Notes: generated by a model from the letters alone, not told the origin. DNA of 64,000 bases from Veleropilina oligotropha (GCA_048128005.1 JBEUKZ010000082.1:1-64000), one strand, 5' to 3'. Positions 14,001 to 25,949 are shown, counted from the first letter of the stretch. Made by a program: numbers and translations.

Positions 14001-15983
14001 TACTATTACATGTATTACTGTCTGTTGATTAAGTTTACATTCTCTTTACTGGCTTGCTATTGAAATTTGCTGTTTGAAAAATTACCGTGCAGCAAAGAGA
14101 CTGATATATATAACGTGTGTGAAAGTCATATGCTGAATTTTGCGCTATTGACTTAGTTTGACGCCTTTAGAGTCACAATAAAATAGTTGCATTAATATCA
14201 GTGCTTGACACTCAGGTGGCCCAACATTTCAGATATCATGTTTTTATGTTTGAAAACTGCCACTAGCAAAAATTGTTTATTAAATTTTTGCCAGTTTATT
14301 CAAATGAATTTTTCTATTATAATGTTTTTAAAATGGAAGGTAATACAGTACTTTTGTAATTGTTGACATGTAGTAAATATTTTTTCCTTCATTAGGTGAT
14401 GAACACGGTGATGTACCAAGCAGCTGCACAAGGACAAAGCCGAAAAATCCAGGTTTGGGAGAAACATTTGTCTTGTAGTCATTGGATTATGTTAGCTATA
14501 TATGAATGTAGTACATCGGGAACTGGTAACAACCACCAACACATTAGTCATCATATGCATTGACTTGTCAATAGCCTTGTTGGACATAAATTGAATTCAG
14601 AACCATCCATTATTCAGATAGCATTACTATTAGAAACTGTTTCTAATTAAAAAGTAAACAACAGGCAGTTGTAACATTTTTAACATGATATATGACTGTT
14701 TTTTTTTTATTCATATAGTTATGAGGGATTCTTCCGTCTCGTGCACAAAAGTGTCACATTGAAACTAATTTTTCAAATGTATTATTTTGATACATTTTCA
14801 CTCTCTCAGTAAAGTCAAACATTCATGCTGTCATGCTGCAATAACGAGGAGATAGTTATGAAAGCTTCTTTCAAAATATTTTAGGTCATAAATGTTGAAC
14901 TTCACATTGTTGTGTTCATAACGTGGTGTCCAATAAAAGCATATTTCTGCCTTTTAATGAGCTCCTGACAGACAATTTGGCATGCAATGCTTTTAAAATG
15001 GCATTTACATGTTATACCTGCACGGGTAACATTTCAAATGTAATAAAAAATATATATTAAATAGTGGCATTCCAAATTGGACACCGGTACTAACACAACA
15101 CAAACACCACAAAGTATATTTAAATCCTTTATTGCTCATAAAAATTATTGGCATATACAATACCATCAACAATACACACTGCTCAATGCTTAATATATAA
15201 TTAGATTTTTTTATCAATATTAACTTGTTCGACTATCTACAGTATAATTTTATAGCTGAAAATCTCAAGTTGTAGTATTATTTGACAGTGTTTTTAATGA
15301 GATTATAACAGACAAGGTAGCATGCAATGCATGTACAAGTGGCTTCTACATATTATATCTGCACTGGTAACATATCAAATTTAAAAACAAAACAAATAAA
15401 AAGTGACATGAAATTGGACACCGTTACGAAATATCTATATATATACATACATACATACATACATACATACATACATACATACATACATACATACATACAT
15501 ACATACATACATACATACATACATACATACATACATACATACATACATACATACATACATACATACATACATACATACATACATACATACATACATACAT
15601 ACATACATACATACATACATACATACATACATACATACATACATACATACATACATACATACATACATACATACATACATACATACATACATACATACAT
15701 ACATACATACATACATACATACATACATACATACATACATACATACATACATACATACATACATACATACATACATACATACATACATACATACATACAT
15801 ACATACATACATACATACATACATACATACATACATACATACATACATACATACATACATACATACATACATACATACATACATACATACATACATACAT
15901 ACATACATACATACATACATACATACATACATACATACATACATACATACATACATACATACATACATACATACATACATACA

Positions 15984-16015
<32 letters not shown>

Positions 16016-18521
16016 CACATATATATACAGTGTTGGGAAGGAAAATTAGGCTAATGGGAGAAATGCCCCTCTTTGAAAAATTCTATGGATAAATTAATTT
16101 TTAGCTCGACTATTCTAGAATAGTGTGAGCTATTGCGGTCACCCTGTCGTCGGCGTCAAACTTCAGGTTAACATTTTTCATGAAGGGTGTTTTCTAGCAA
16201 AGTTTTCACACTACACCTTTTAAACTTCATACAGTTGTTCAACGTCATTATGCGACCTTACATTACTGTACAGGCGTAATAACTCTGGCTTCGTTTTTTA
16301 CCAAATTATTCCGCTTTTTCGACTTAGAAAATTCAGGTTAATGTTTTGCATGAAGGGTTTTGCTAAAAAAAATCACGCTACACGGCAACCTCGATATAAT
16401 GCGCCTCGATATACCCTGCAATCGGTTATAACGCGGGTCCGAGCATGGCTCCCAAAAATATTTTAGTCTATATAATGTTAAGTTATTAAATCAGTCATTT
16501 CATATCGCGGTAAACAGATAACAGGTGTTTAATATATGATGAATTCATTGACACTACAAGGCAACTAACTACTCGTAATTCTAGCATCGATGTTTGCTTT
16601 TAGTGTATTTTATTCATGATGTTATAAAACTATCAATTCAATCCACTTGCATTTTCCAAACTCCGCTTTTTATTGGATCACGTTTGTTGTTTTATTTAAT
16701 TCAAGACAGTATTCCACGGTTTAGATGAGAACCCATGAATTAATTAAGCTTAAATACCTTGTTTTGTTCTTTGCCAAACAATAGCAACAAGGGCAGAAAT
16801 ATTTGGATCCCGACTACCGCGTTATAACGAGGTTGCGGTGTACATCTTTCAAACTTCGTACCCTTGTTCAACGTCATTATGCAACCGTACATTACAGGCA
16901 TAATAACTCTGGCTTCGTTTTTTCCCAAATTATTCCCCTTTTTCGATTTGGACAATTCATGTTAATGTTTTGCATGAAGGGCCTTTTCTCGCAAATTTTT
17001 CACACTACATCTTTCAAACTTCATACACTTGTTCAACATCAATATGCGACCTTACATTACAGGCGTAATAACTCTGGCTTCGTTTTTTTACCAAATTATT
17101 CCCTTTTTTCTACTTTGACAATTCAAGTTAATGTTTTGCATGAAGGGCCTTTTCTCACAAAGTGTTTACACTACAGCCTTGAAACGTCATACACTTGTTC
17201 CGTATCATTATGCGACCTTGCAATACAAGGAATATAACTCTAGCGTCATTTTTACCAAATTAATCACCCTTTTCGACTTCGATAATTCAGGTTAATGTTT
17301 TGCATGAGGTGTCTTTTCTCACAAAGTGTTCACACTACAGCCTTGAAACTTCATACACTTGTGCCACATCATTATGCGACCTTGCAATACAAGGGCTACT
17401 TCACCAAACAATAATGATTAACTCTGTCTGTCTGTCCATCCATAATGCTATCGCTAAAACCACTTGCAGCATTGAACCACATTTGGTGTATGACTTTCCC
17501 ATGTAGTAAAGAGGTGCAATACCAATACAGCTTTCAAACTTATTACTGGTGTTTTCATTCTAAAATGCCATTTTCATCGATCCAGCTTTTGATAGTCGAG
17601 CATGCTGTCCTTCTGACAGCTCTTGTTAAATGCTATGGGAACAGCATTTCATATAGATTCTGATTGCAGTTATAAATAAATTTATTGTATACTATACTAT
17701 TGTAAGAAGAATCAGTTGATGAAGAATCCTTAATTTAAATATCGCAAAACAGTATTTTTTAACTTATATTCTTAGTATAAATTGCGCTTTGTTTTGTGTG
17801 TAATGTCACGTTAACATTAAAAATGTATCTTTGAAAATTGTCAAAAATATTATGAATTTCAAAATATTAGTTTCCATTTAATTTTTGTCCATTCAAAATT
17901 TATCTGCTTTACGACAACCAGTGGAACGTAGCATTTTGAGCCCAACCCCAATTTTATTCTCACCATTCGTCAATTTATCGTTGGCTATTATTTGTGATCC
18001 AAATCTTTCATGCACCCGCCTATCTCCGATCTGATTTTTCATTAACCCAAATGCGGTGTGCATCACCTTCTTAATCCCTGTATATATATATATATCTCGT
18101 TTATTCATGACTTTAATAAGACCTCGTTTCTTCAATAAATGAAAAATATGAATAATTTGAGACACGTGCTACACAAAATAATCAATTAATGGATTTTAAA
18201 GTGAGTAATAGAAATAAAACTTAATTCTATTGGACAAAAAATAAGTTGACATATTTTCCATTTTTTCGAATTTGTCGACCCGCGCCTGCAATATGATTGT
18301 TCTTATCACTTTCAGTTAATCGTGTAAAATGGACTACGAACGAGGAGGAGGAGATTAGGAAGAGATTTACGTCTCATTTTAATGGTACCTCAAAGAAATT
18401 GCCAGGAAAGGCAGAATGCGTAGCAGCCATCGCTACTTCTCGTTCTGAAAATGGAGCGCTGACAGGCAGATACTGGGAAACTTTAAAAAAAAAAGTTTTC
18501 AATATGTTGAAGAGAATTTGA
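4658..18521 (+). CDS. Spliced 640-aa protein: PWWP-like, repeat linker, tyrosine recombinase catalytic domain, acidic linker, Myb/SANT-like
   Basis: Exons 4658-4833, 6647-6720, 7962-8682, 9132-9255, 9875-10001, 10467-10585, 11164-11359, 13256-13378, 14396-14452, 18316-18521. All introns are GT-AG with matching phases; total 1923 nt, no internal stop. Motifs: LARLTLYNRRRCHEV, VEIRGKTGRGVPVILP, NPYLFA, RTSNMRKYMAT, HLGHTMNIHMTSYRQ, KWTTNEEEEIRKRF...LPGKAEC...RYWETLKKKVFN. Confidence 0.88.
5293..6435. mobile_element. Tc1/mariner-pogo-type MITE in a YR intron
   Basis: TIR CACCGCAACCTCG / CGAGGTTGCGGTG flanked by TA. Confidence 0.8.
8035..8537 (+). repeat. Coding minisatellite (30/39-bp units) in YR exon 3
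   Basis: GAGGATACT(TCACATACT)CCACTGGTCACCAAGAACAAC, encoding EDT(SHT)PLVTKNN. Confidence 0.95.
11708..12455 (+). repeat. 68-bp tandem array (~11 units) with two TGTGGGGT motifs per unit
   Basis: Unit TTGTGGGGTCATCTGACCATGGTGCTGTGGGGTTGGTCATTGGTATACACCTATGTATGTTGGACACC. Confidence 0.95.
13480..13680 (-). pseudogene. piggyBac-like transposase remnant
   Basis: DTFVEEIKAFLGLVIVMG followed by frameshifted GIMKLPKL...HPSIG, matching the piggyBac DDE N-terminal motif EEIKAFLGL.I.MGI.KLP. Confidence 0.7.
15442..16014. repeat. (ATAC)n microsatellite, ~570 bp
   Basis: Pure tetranucleotide run. Confidence 0.99.
16098..17627 (+). mobile_element. HINE (Helentron non-autonomous) in a YR intron
   Basis: TTTTTAGCTCGACTA start, TAGTCGAGC 3' subTIR, hairpin GCTGTC-CTTCT-GACAGC, CTTGTT end, ~150-bp tandem core units. 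Confidence 0.85.
16381..16840. mobile_element. Shorter inverted copy of the same MITE, nested in a HINE core repeat
   Basis: Same TIRs and TA TSD; lacks ~680 bp of the internal segment present in 5293-6435. Confidence 0.82.
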
Positions 18522-18714
18522 TTTAAACAATATTTTATTGCTGATGCAATTAGATTGGCGAACAGGCAATACTGCCTATATCAACGCCTCTCTAAACATA
18601 TATACATAAAAGCAATATTAAGGCGGTAATAATAGGATTTAGTGTTACATTTGATTTTAATGTTAGAGTTCTTATTTTTTCTATTCCAATATCATATTAT
18701 ATTAGGAGACTTGA

Positions 18715-19636
18715 CATACATGTGATACCTCCCGGAATCGGCACCCCCGAAATGGCCTACTCCCGGAATTACATAAATCTCCCGGAAAGGCATTAATCTC
18801 CCGAAATCACTATGTCCTACCGATATAACTTGATTTTTAATGAAAATCCATTTCCGTAGAGTTATTTCTTAATATTGTTTAGCGTCGGTAAACAACTCAT
18901 TTAAAAAGTTGCCTTCCATTGTTAAAACTATTCAATGTGTACTTGCCATCTATTGACTGTTAGCGGAATTGTTTATTTTAATCCAAACTGCTTGTTATTA
19001 CTTCACGGTTGAATGCTGATTATGAAAGGGAGTAATTAACGCACTGGCCAATATTAAGAATACTTTAGCTACAATAAAACCAATTAAGTACATATTTGAA
19101 TTATAAATGGCCGTTTTATGTCAAGAAACGCGGGAATAAATGTTAAAACACGTTTTAAAATACAAGTTCAGTTATTCCAATCCTGGTTCACCAGTTTCTA
19201 GGCGAACAATATTTTTAACATGTGCTGACCTCCGAGTTTTCCTGAATTTACTGGTTTCCCGAAGTGTAAAGGAAGATAATCGCACTATCAACATCAGTTA
19301 TATGCGAAATGATGCGCAAAACTAGATATTTGAATAAATATACGCGACAATCCGGCTATGCCAATAATCAAATAATAGGGATTTTTATATATATATATAT
19401 ATTGTGAGATTTTTTTAAACTTGCTTATAAAGTTATATATTATTGTTTATATGACATAAGAATATTACGATTCCTTTTTGTTGTAAATAAATAAGTATTT
19501 AGATTCCATAAATGTTTTTTATATACAAACAATTACAAATATATGATGAAATCGATTATTAAAAACTTGATAAAAAAACCTCCTGGAGTCCTGACCCCAG
19601 TCTCCTGGAATGCTGTTTCGAGATGATCACATGTAT
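18715..19636. mobile_element. Unclassified non-autonomous element; inverted related copy at ~32098-33130
   Basis: Ends CATACATGTGAT / ATCACATGTATG. Both subterminal blocks (CCCGGAATCGGCACCCCCGAAATGG; CTGACCCCAGTCTCCTGGAATGCTG) recur reverse-complemented at 33050-33100 and 32110-32165. Confidence 0.55.
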
Positions 19637-20399
19637 GACCTGAGATGCGATTAAAATATTTTTTATAGACTTTAAGCACACTCAGTGTATTTGTATAACA
19701 TTGTATGTAAGGGACTCTTTTTATATATAGAAATTATATAGAGTATGTTCATTACGTTCTTGCCTTTAAGATAACCCTTACCTTAACTTGTCAGAAGGCA
19801 GGTCAAAAAGAATTCATTATTATTAAATGAAGCAATAAGGAAACATCTTTGTAATAGCCAAGTTTTGATGTTTTGATGTTATGGTGTAAGGCGCAACAAT
19901 ACTGAATTTGTATTTGAACATTTTTGCTTATTGATTTGTTGTTCAAATGAAATTGTTTTATTTTATACTTCTGACAGCATGTGCATGGATGATTTTAACA
20001 TTTCTGGGTAGACAAAAGACATTAAGCGAACTTCAATTCACAGAAGGTTTAAAACCACTTGTTCTTGTTTAATAATTAAAGCAATAAAGATTGTTGATGT
20101 TCATATTCAGACTTTCGTTTTAATATTGTAGATGAATGCACCATACATTACTGCCTTTGCTTTTCATTCGATTGATTCAGACACCCTTGAAGCTCAGCTT
20201 TCTTCGTGTTCTGGACTCGAGAAGATAATGTCAATTAGATCGTTCTTGATATAACAGGAAGTTGAATGATGGATACAGAAATTAGATGATTCAATGTGTA
20301 TATTTGCATGTCAACTGGCAGTTCTGTAGACAATCAACTAATTATGTAAAATATTTTAAGAAGATTGATCAACCAATATAATGAAATACAAAATATATG

Positions 20400-20525
20400 A
20401 TGTTACCTGATCGTGAGCATCAACAGTGTAAGTGGACACAATGTTACCTGATCGTGAGCATCAACAGTGTAAGTGGACACAATGTTACCTGATCGTGAGC
20501 ATCAACAGTGTAAGTGGACACAATG
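20400..20525. repeat. 41-bp tandem repeat x3
   Basis: ATGTTACCTGATCGTGAGCATCAACAGTGTAAGTGGACACA. Confidence 0.95.
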
Positions 20526-20819
20526 TGATAAATTTATGTTAAAACCGTTATATCACGTTATATCTATAAATTAACATGTTTTTGGTAACATTTTTTAAGT
20601 GAAATCTTTTTACTCTATGTGAAATGGATCACTGAGATATACTAGTTAAGCCCTACTTGTATAAAATGTAATGTATTTTGTTGATAGTGTACATAACTGC
20701 CAGGTGTCGACATGCAAACGACCATGATAGTGCATTATTGATTAATAGTATTTCACCTGTCTACTGTGAAAGGTGATTGTTAGATGACGAATGGACTAAT
20801 TTCAATCATTCACCAGGTG

Positions 20820-21030
20820 TATTAGTCCTGACCGGTTTCGATCTCAATGAAGGTCTTCATCAGATTCAACAAAGATGAACCTACAGGTATTCATTATAAT
20901 CTACCGCAACTTTATTTCAAAGGCATGTCTTTTGACATCATCGAAATCCTATATGATGATCCCATCCTTACACAACAAGGATAGGAGAGAGCAACACGCT
21001 GAATCCAGTCGGTCTAAACTGCCTCGATCT
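20820..21030. mobile_element. Penelope-like element remnant: GIY-YIG C-terminus (+) next to a degenerate minimal hammerhead (-)
   Basis: Plus strand IRFNKDEPTGIHYNLPQ...MSFDIIEIL and, after a frameshift, TLNPVGLN. Minus strand CTGATGAAGACC-TTCATTGA-GATCGAAACCGGTC. Confidence 0.65.
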
Positions 21031-21274
21031 AACCGGAGACTAGTATCTTTTATCAGGATTTTAAAGTAATTAAAATTGCCGTTTCTGATACATAGCAACT
21101 AGAATACTCTTGATCAAGCTAAATATATATTGACAAAAATGCTGATATAGAAACGACGCATTAGTCAATACTAATAGAAGAATATTGCATGGTTAAAGAA
21201 ATTTTATTGAACAGAAATATCTTATTAAGTGAATACGTCTGCACCTGGAACATGTTAACTGCGTAATATATCCA

Positions 21275-21605
21275 TGGACACGTATTCGACACCACAATGT
21301 GTAGACGTGTAAACCCCATAATGTATGATCTTAGAAACACCATAGTGTATGGACATATTTTGGACCCCACAATGTTTGGACATGCAAACCCCACAATGCT
21401 TGGATGTCGATTTGACCCCACAATGTGTGGACATGTAAACCCCATAATGTATGATCTTAGAAACACCATAGTGTATGGACATATTTTGGACCCCACAATG
21501 TTTGGACATTAGACCCCACAATGCTTGGACATGTAAACCCCATAATGTATGAACTTAGAAACGCCATAGTGTATGGACATATTTTGACCCCACAATGTTT
21601 GGATA
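21275..21605 (-). repeat. Subterminal array of ACCCCACAATG..TGGACA motifs
   Basis: About 10 copies of (A/G)ACCCCA(C/T)AATG in ~25-30-bp subunits with higher-order repetition. Confidence 0.9.
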
Positions 21606-24600
21606 ATACTTTTGTTGAGACCCCCGGTGGCCGAATGGATAGCTTGCTAGAGAAACAAAAGCATTTATGGTCACTTTAAATCTGTGATTAGCATTAATAT
21701 TAATTCAATATATTAGTATATTTGAAATATTAATATTGATGAAAGTTATAGAAATTTATTATAATGAAGCACACTACTTGATGGCTTTTTTCAATATAGG
21801 TTTAATGGATTTGCGAACAGATCGACTCTCACTGATGATAACAGCATCATATATTTAATTACTATCTGTTCTTGGTTGCAACATGATGCAGAATATCTAT
21901 GCATTCATACAGGGGGTGGCTGGTTGGCAGTTACGAATCGTGTAAAAAAATAATTAGTGACAACGTGTGGCTTCTCAACGAAGCCATTTGTTACGTCAAT
22001 GACCTGAGAATATGCATATCCTGGGCGGTGATTTATCTCCAAGTCGGCTCTATCCCTTTCGGACAGTCGAGCAAACTTTACAATGCATATATACAGTATC
22101 TGACAGGAATATTCAGTAAAGACAAATTTCACCTACGCCATGCTTATTAATTTATGAATCCTTTAATTACTTTGTATACAAACCCCATAATGTTAGGACA
22201 TGTTTTGGAAACCACACAAGGTATAACCTCGCAGCGTATGGATGAAAACCCCGTAATGTGCCTCTCGTAAGAAATCTCAATGTGCACCCCACAATTGGTC
22301 TTTGTACAAATGGATGTAACCCCAGAATGAAAATATGCGCAAGGTATCTCTCGTCTGTACGTCCGTCTGTCCGTCCGTCCGTCTGTCCGTCCGTCTGTCA
22401 CACTTTGGTTTCCGGACGATAACTACCGTTTCCTTTGAGAGATTATGCTCATATTTGGTACACAGGTTGCTTATGAGGAGAGGTCCCTTGGGATTGCTTT
22501 TCAGGGCGGCACGCCAAAGGTCATGTGATCTGCGACTAAATATAGAATTTTGACTCAGATTTGGTTTCCAGACCATAACTACCGTTTCCTTTGAGTGATT
22601 ATGCTCATATTTGGTACACGGGTTGCTTATGAGGAGAGGTCCCTTGGGATTGCTTTTCAGGACGGCACGCCAAAGGTCATGTGATCTGCGACTAAATATA
22701 GAATTTTGACTCAGATTTGGTTTCCAGACCATAACTACCGTTTCCTTTGAGCGATTATGCTCATATTTGGTACACAGGTTGCTTATGAGGAGAGGTCCCT
22801 TGGGATTGCTTTTCAGGACGGCACGCCAAAGGTCATGTGATCTGCGACTAAAAATAGAATTTTGACTCAGATTTGGTTTCCAGACGATAACTACTGTTTC
22901 CTTTGAGTGATTATGCTCATATTTGGTACTCGGGTTGCTTATGAAGTTAGAATTGTTATTAAAGGACATTTATATTTCCCCGTGATATATTTCTGTTTGC
23001 CCCCTAATGCTTGGATTTATTTTTTTTCATCTGATGGACTTGTTATCCAGAGTTACATCCCTTATTCTGATTGGGTCATTTCAAGCCGAACTCGTTCGTT
23101 TCTTTTCGTCACTCACTTATATTTTTCTGATTGACAATTTTGAGACTAATAATTTTCTCAATATTTTTTAACTCTAAAAATCCTAATTGTGTCATAAACC
23201 TCACAATCTTGGATACATTTTAACCCTCTAATCCAATAAGCTCATAACACTCAAAAGTTGGTCCATCAGTCTGTCTGTCACACTGGTTTCCTGCCAATAA
23301 CTGCCGTTCCCTTGCAGAGATCGTGTTCATATTTGGTACACAGGTTGATTACGAAGATTGAGAATTGTTTTTCAGGTCAGTACGCCAAAGGCCATGTGAT
23401 CTGTGGCTAAAGTTAGAATTATGACCGATTTGGATTCTGGACGATAACTACTTATAATATATTGGTTGGTTATGCCCATATTTGGCACACAGCTTCCTCA
23501 TGTGGAAAGCATGCTTAGGAGTGCATTTGAGGTCAATCGCTCAAAGGTCACGTGACCTGTTGCTAAAAATAGAATTTTACAGAATTTTGATTGCGATTTG
23601 CTTTCCAGACAATAACTACTGTTCATATTTAGCTATCATGCTCATATTTAGGAGACTGGTTGCCTATGAAGAAAGGATGCTTAGTATTGCATTTGGTGTC
23701 AAAGGTCACATGATCTGTTGCTAAAATTAGAATTTCAAGTAGGGGAGACATTCTTGTTATTGTGGGCAATAACAACATCTAGTTAATTTTATTTTTACCT
23801 ATCTCCATTTGTATTAATATTATTCAAATTTGCCATTGCCTACGACAAATTGAATTTAAATTAATTTATTTACCGTAAATGTCGTAATTGGCACCCTAAT
23901 TGGTCGTCAGCCGAACATGTGCGCTTTGCAAACGTCGGTAAAAGCCAACTCCGACCGCCGCAAAGGTATTTTTATAGGGCTGTTTCGAAATTGCCGTCCT
24001 TTCATTAGCCTAGGTGTAGTGTCCATTTATTCCAATTGCACACAGTATTTCGCTTTTGTATGGTGATATTTCCGATAAACATCAGCAACATTCTTGAATG
24101 ACCATTGCTTCAAAATATATGGGGCACTGCGGTCTATATATAGCTACCGCCAATGAAACGACGGCGTTAGCCTCACGTGATCTATTTGACCATTCAAATA
24201 AACGCTTTCGTAGACGTTTGTCGCGCTTCGTACAATTGAGCGATGTTTCGGGGCGTTTCATTGATTTATCAGACATTTTCATATAAAGATTGAACGATCC
24301 ATTCTGGGAGAGAGAATCCCACAATTTAATATGACACCAAACATGGCAGCCATTGTTATTATTGTAATGTCGCGGTATCGGGAGTGCAAACACCGAGATT
24401 TTATTCGGATTTTACGATACAAGTACACAAAATAAACGACAAGGGCATCATAATAAAGGTATTTTATTGCGTATAACTATTTAATATCAACATAAAACAT
24501 ATCATGTAAATAACATATCAAAGTACAGTATCGATCTTAGGAGCGCTGTGCGACTGGAACTTGAAATTCAGTCGCGATTGTAAAAATCCAGTCCCAAATG

Positions 24601-24744
24601 CGACCAATTTGGTCGCACTGTACAGCACTGAGGGTCGGTTCTAATTAAATATAGGAACAGTTGAAATCTCTTGTTGTGGAGACTGGCTGAAACCTTGTTG
24701 TATTATGTTGTGGGTCACAAGGGTGTGATGTTACTGTTTATGAA

Positions 24745-25031
24745 TTACCAGATCTGGTTCAAGCAGTGGGTTACAGTACTTATCTTGGACATTACCAGAT
24801 CTGGTTCAAGCAGTGGGTTACAGTACTTATCTTGGACATTACCAGATCTGGTTCAAGCAGTGGCCGGGTTACAGTACTTATCTTGGACATTACCAGATCT
24901 GGTTCAAGCAGTGGGTTACAGTACTTATCTTGGACATTACCAGATCTGGTTCAAGCAGTGGGTTACAGTACTTATCTTGGACATTACCAGATCTGGTTCA
25001 AGCCGTGGGTTACAGTACTTATCTTGGACAT
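24745..25031. repeat. 47-bp minisatellite x6
   Basis: TTACCAGATCTGGTTCAAGCAGTGGGTTACAGTACTTATCTTGGACA. Confidence 0.95.
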
Positions 25032-25949
25032 TTTTTAGCTCTGCTTGATCTCTTGGAATCATTCGACATTGCTACATCCATTTGTGCAAAGTAACTGGAC
25101 TTGTTGATATATATGTATTTAATGTTTTTACTATTAAAAAACATACTAAATTGTGCACAAGTTTTCTCTTGGCTTTGTTGTTTAGCTCAAATTTAAATTT
25201 AGCAGTATTGCCAGTCAGTTTTGGACAGCTCCAGCCAGAGTGGCCAGCTGCTCAAAAAGTTAGTTTCTAACACTTATTACAAATTGCCGATTTGTATACT
25301 ACACTTAATTGTTCTATCCAACCAACATATGAACTGAATTATCATGTCTGATTTACTGGTTATGTTGACTTCATTACGAGCTACATATCTTTGACTTTGT
25401 GACCTTTATGGACTCCCTCGAGTGGCCACCTCATGTCATGGTTAGTTGACACTATATCAATGTTGCAACATGTTGAACTTTAATATCATTTTCCATTTGA
25501 CATTTTATGTTAAGGAAGTTGACATTACACTGTACCGATAAATGATCATAATTTTTTCTTTATAAAGGTGATTCATTAGATTGCTTTTCAGGATGTCTCT
25601 GTGACATTACCATAATATTTATATAAGAAAATGTTATGACATTCACTCAACTGTCTCTAATTGCAGAGGTTGAAATTCAAATTTGACACTGCCGGTCCAT
25701 GACAGGCTAGTGAAAAAAACTGCTGGTCAATGTGAAAATGCTGCCCGTCCAAATGTTATCAAAATATTTTTTATCAGTCCAATATTATTAAATTTCGTAT
25801 TTTGAAGCTAATTTACTGAATTGTCGTGTACGTTATATATAAGTAACAAGCACAGAATGTGTGCAATAACCTGCGTCATAAGCAAAATTTCTACTGTGAA
25901 ACATGTGTGATACATAAAATACAGACCATGTTTCTGTATGATTTCATAG

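Larger units (their letters stand above)
2548..22352 (+). mobile_element. Large intron-containing tyrosine-recombinase (Crypton-like) transposon inserted in a (GTCC)n microsatellite; boundaries approximate (+/-5 bp)
   Basis: The host GTCC repeat stops at 2547 and resumes at ~22352. TTGTGGGGTT-type motifs cluster at the left end (2563-2702) and occur inverted at the right end (21275-21605, 22181-22329). The outermost motifs CATTGTGGGGTTA (2563) and TAACCCCAGAATG (22317) form an inverted pair with 1 mismatch. The interval encloses a spliced YR gene. Confidence 0.85.
2483..23784 (+). mobile_element. Helentron-associated HINE split by the YR element (2483-2547 plus 22352-23784)
   Basis: 5' TT-ATGTCTCCCC subTIR with local inverted copy, (GTCC)n, 156-bp core repeats (22421, 22577, 22733, 22889), 3' GGGGAGACAT (23742), hairpin TTGTTATTG-TGGG-CAATAACAA, CTAGTT end. 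Confidence 0.88.
1413..24630. mobile_element. Non-autonomous TIR element (~1.1 kb net), outermost shell of the nest
   Basis: TIR CAGTGCTGTAC / GTACAGCACTG; 5-bp TSD AGGGT (1408-1412 and 24631-24635). Internal pieces 1540-1562, 2411-2482 and 23785-24500 are contiguous in the reverse copy at 53540-54400. Confidence 0.85.

Noticed and set aside
15327..16049. Long ORFs (IHTY / MYVC repeats)
   Set aside because: Translation artefacts of the (ATAC)n microsatellite.
18640..22150. Second cargo gene in the right part of the YR element
   Set aside because: Only TE remnants and repeats were recognisable, and no consistent exon chain was found. Small exons cannot be excluded without RNA-seq.
22277..22969. 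230-aa minus-strand ORF; similar ORFs at 61572-62735
   Set aside because: Read-through of 156-bp and 158-bp HINE core repeats.
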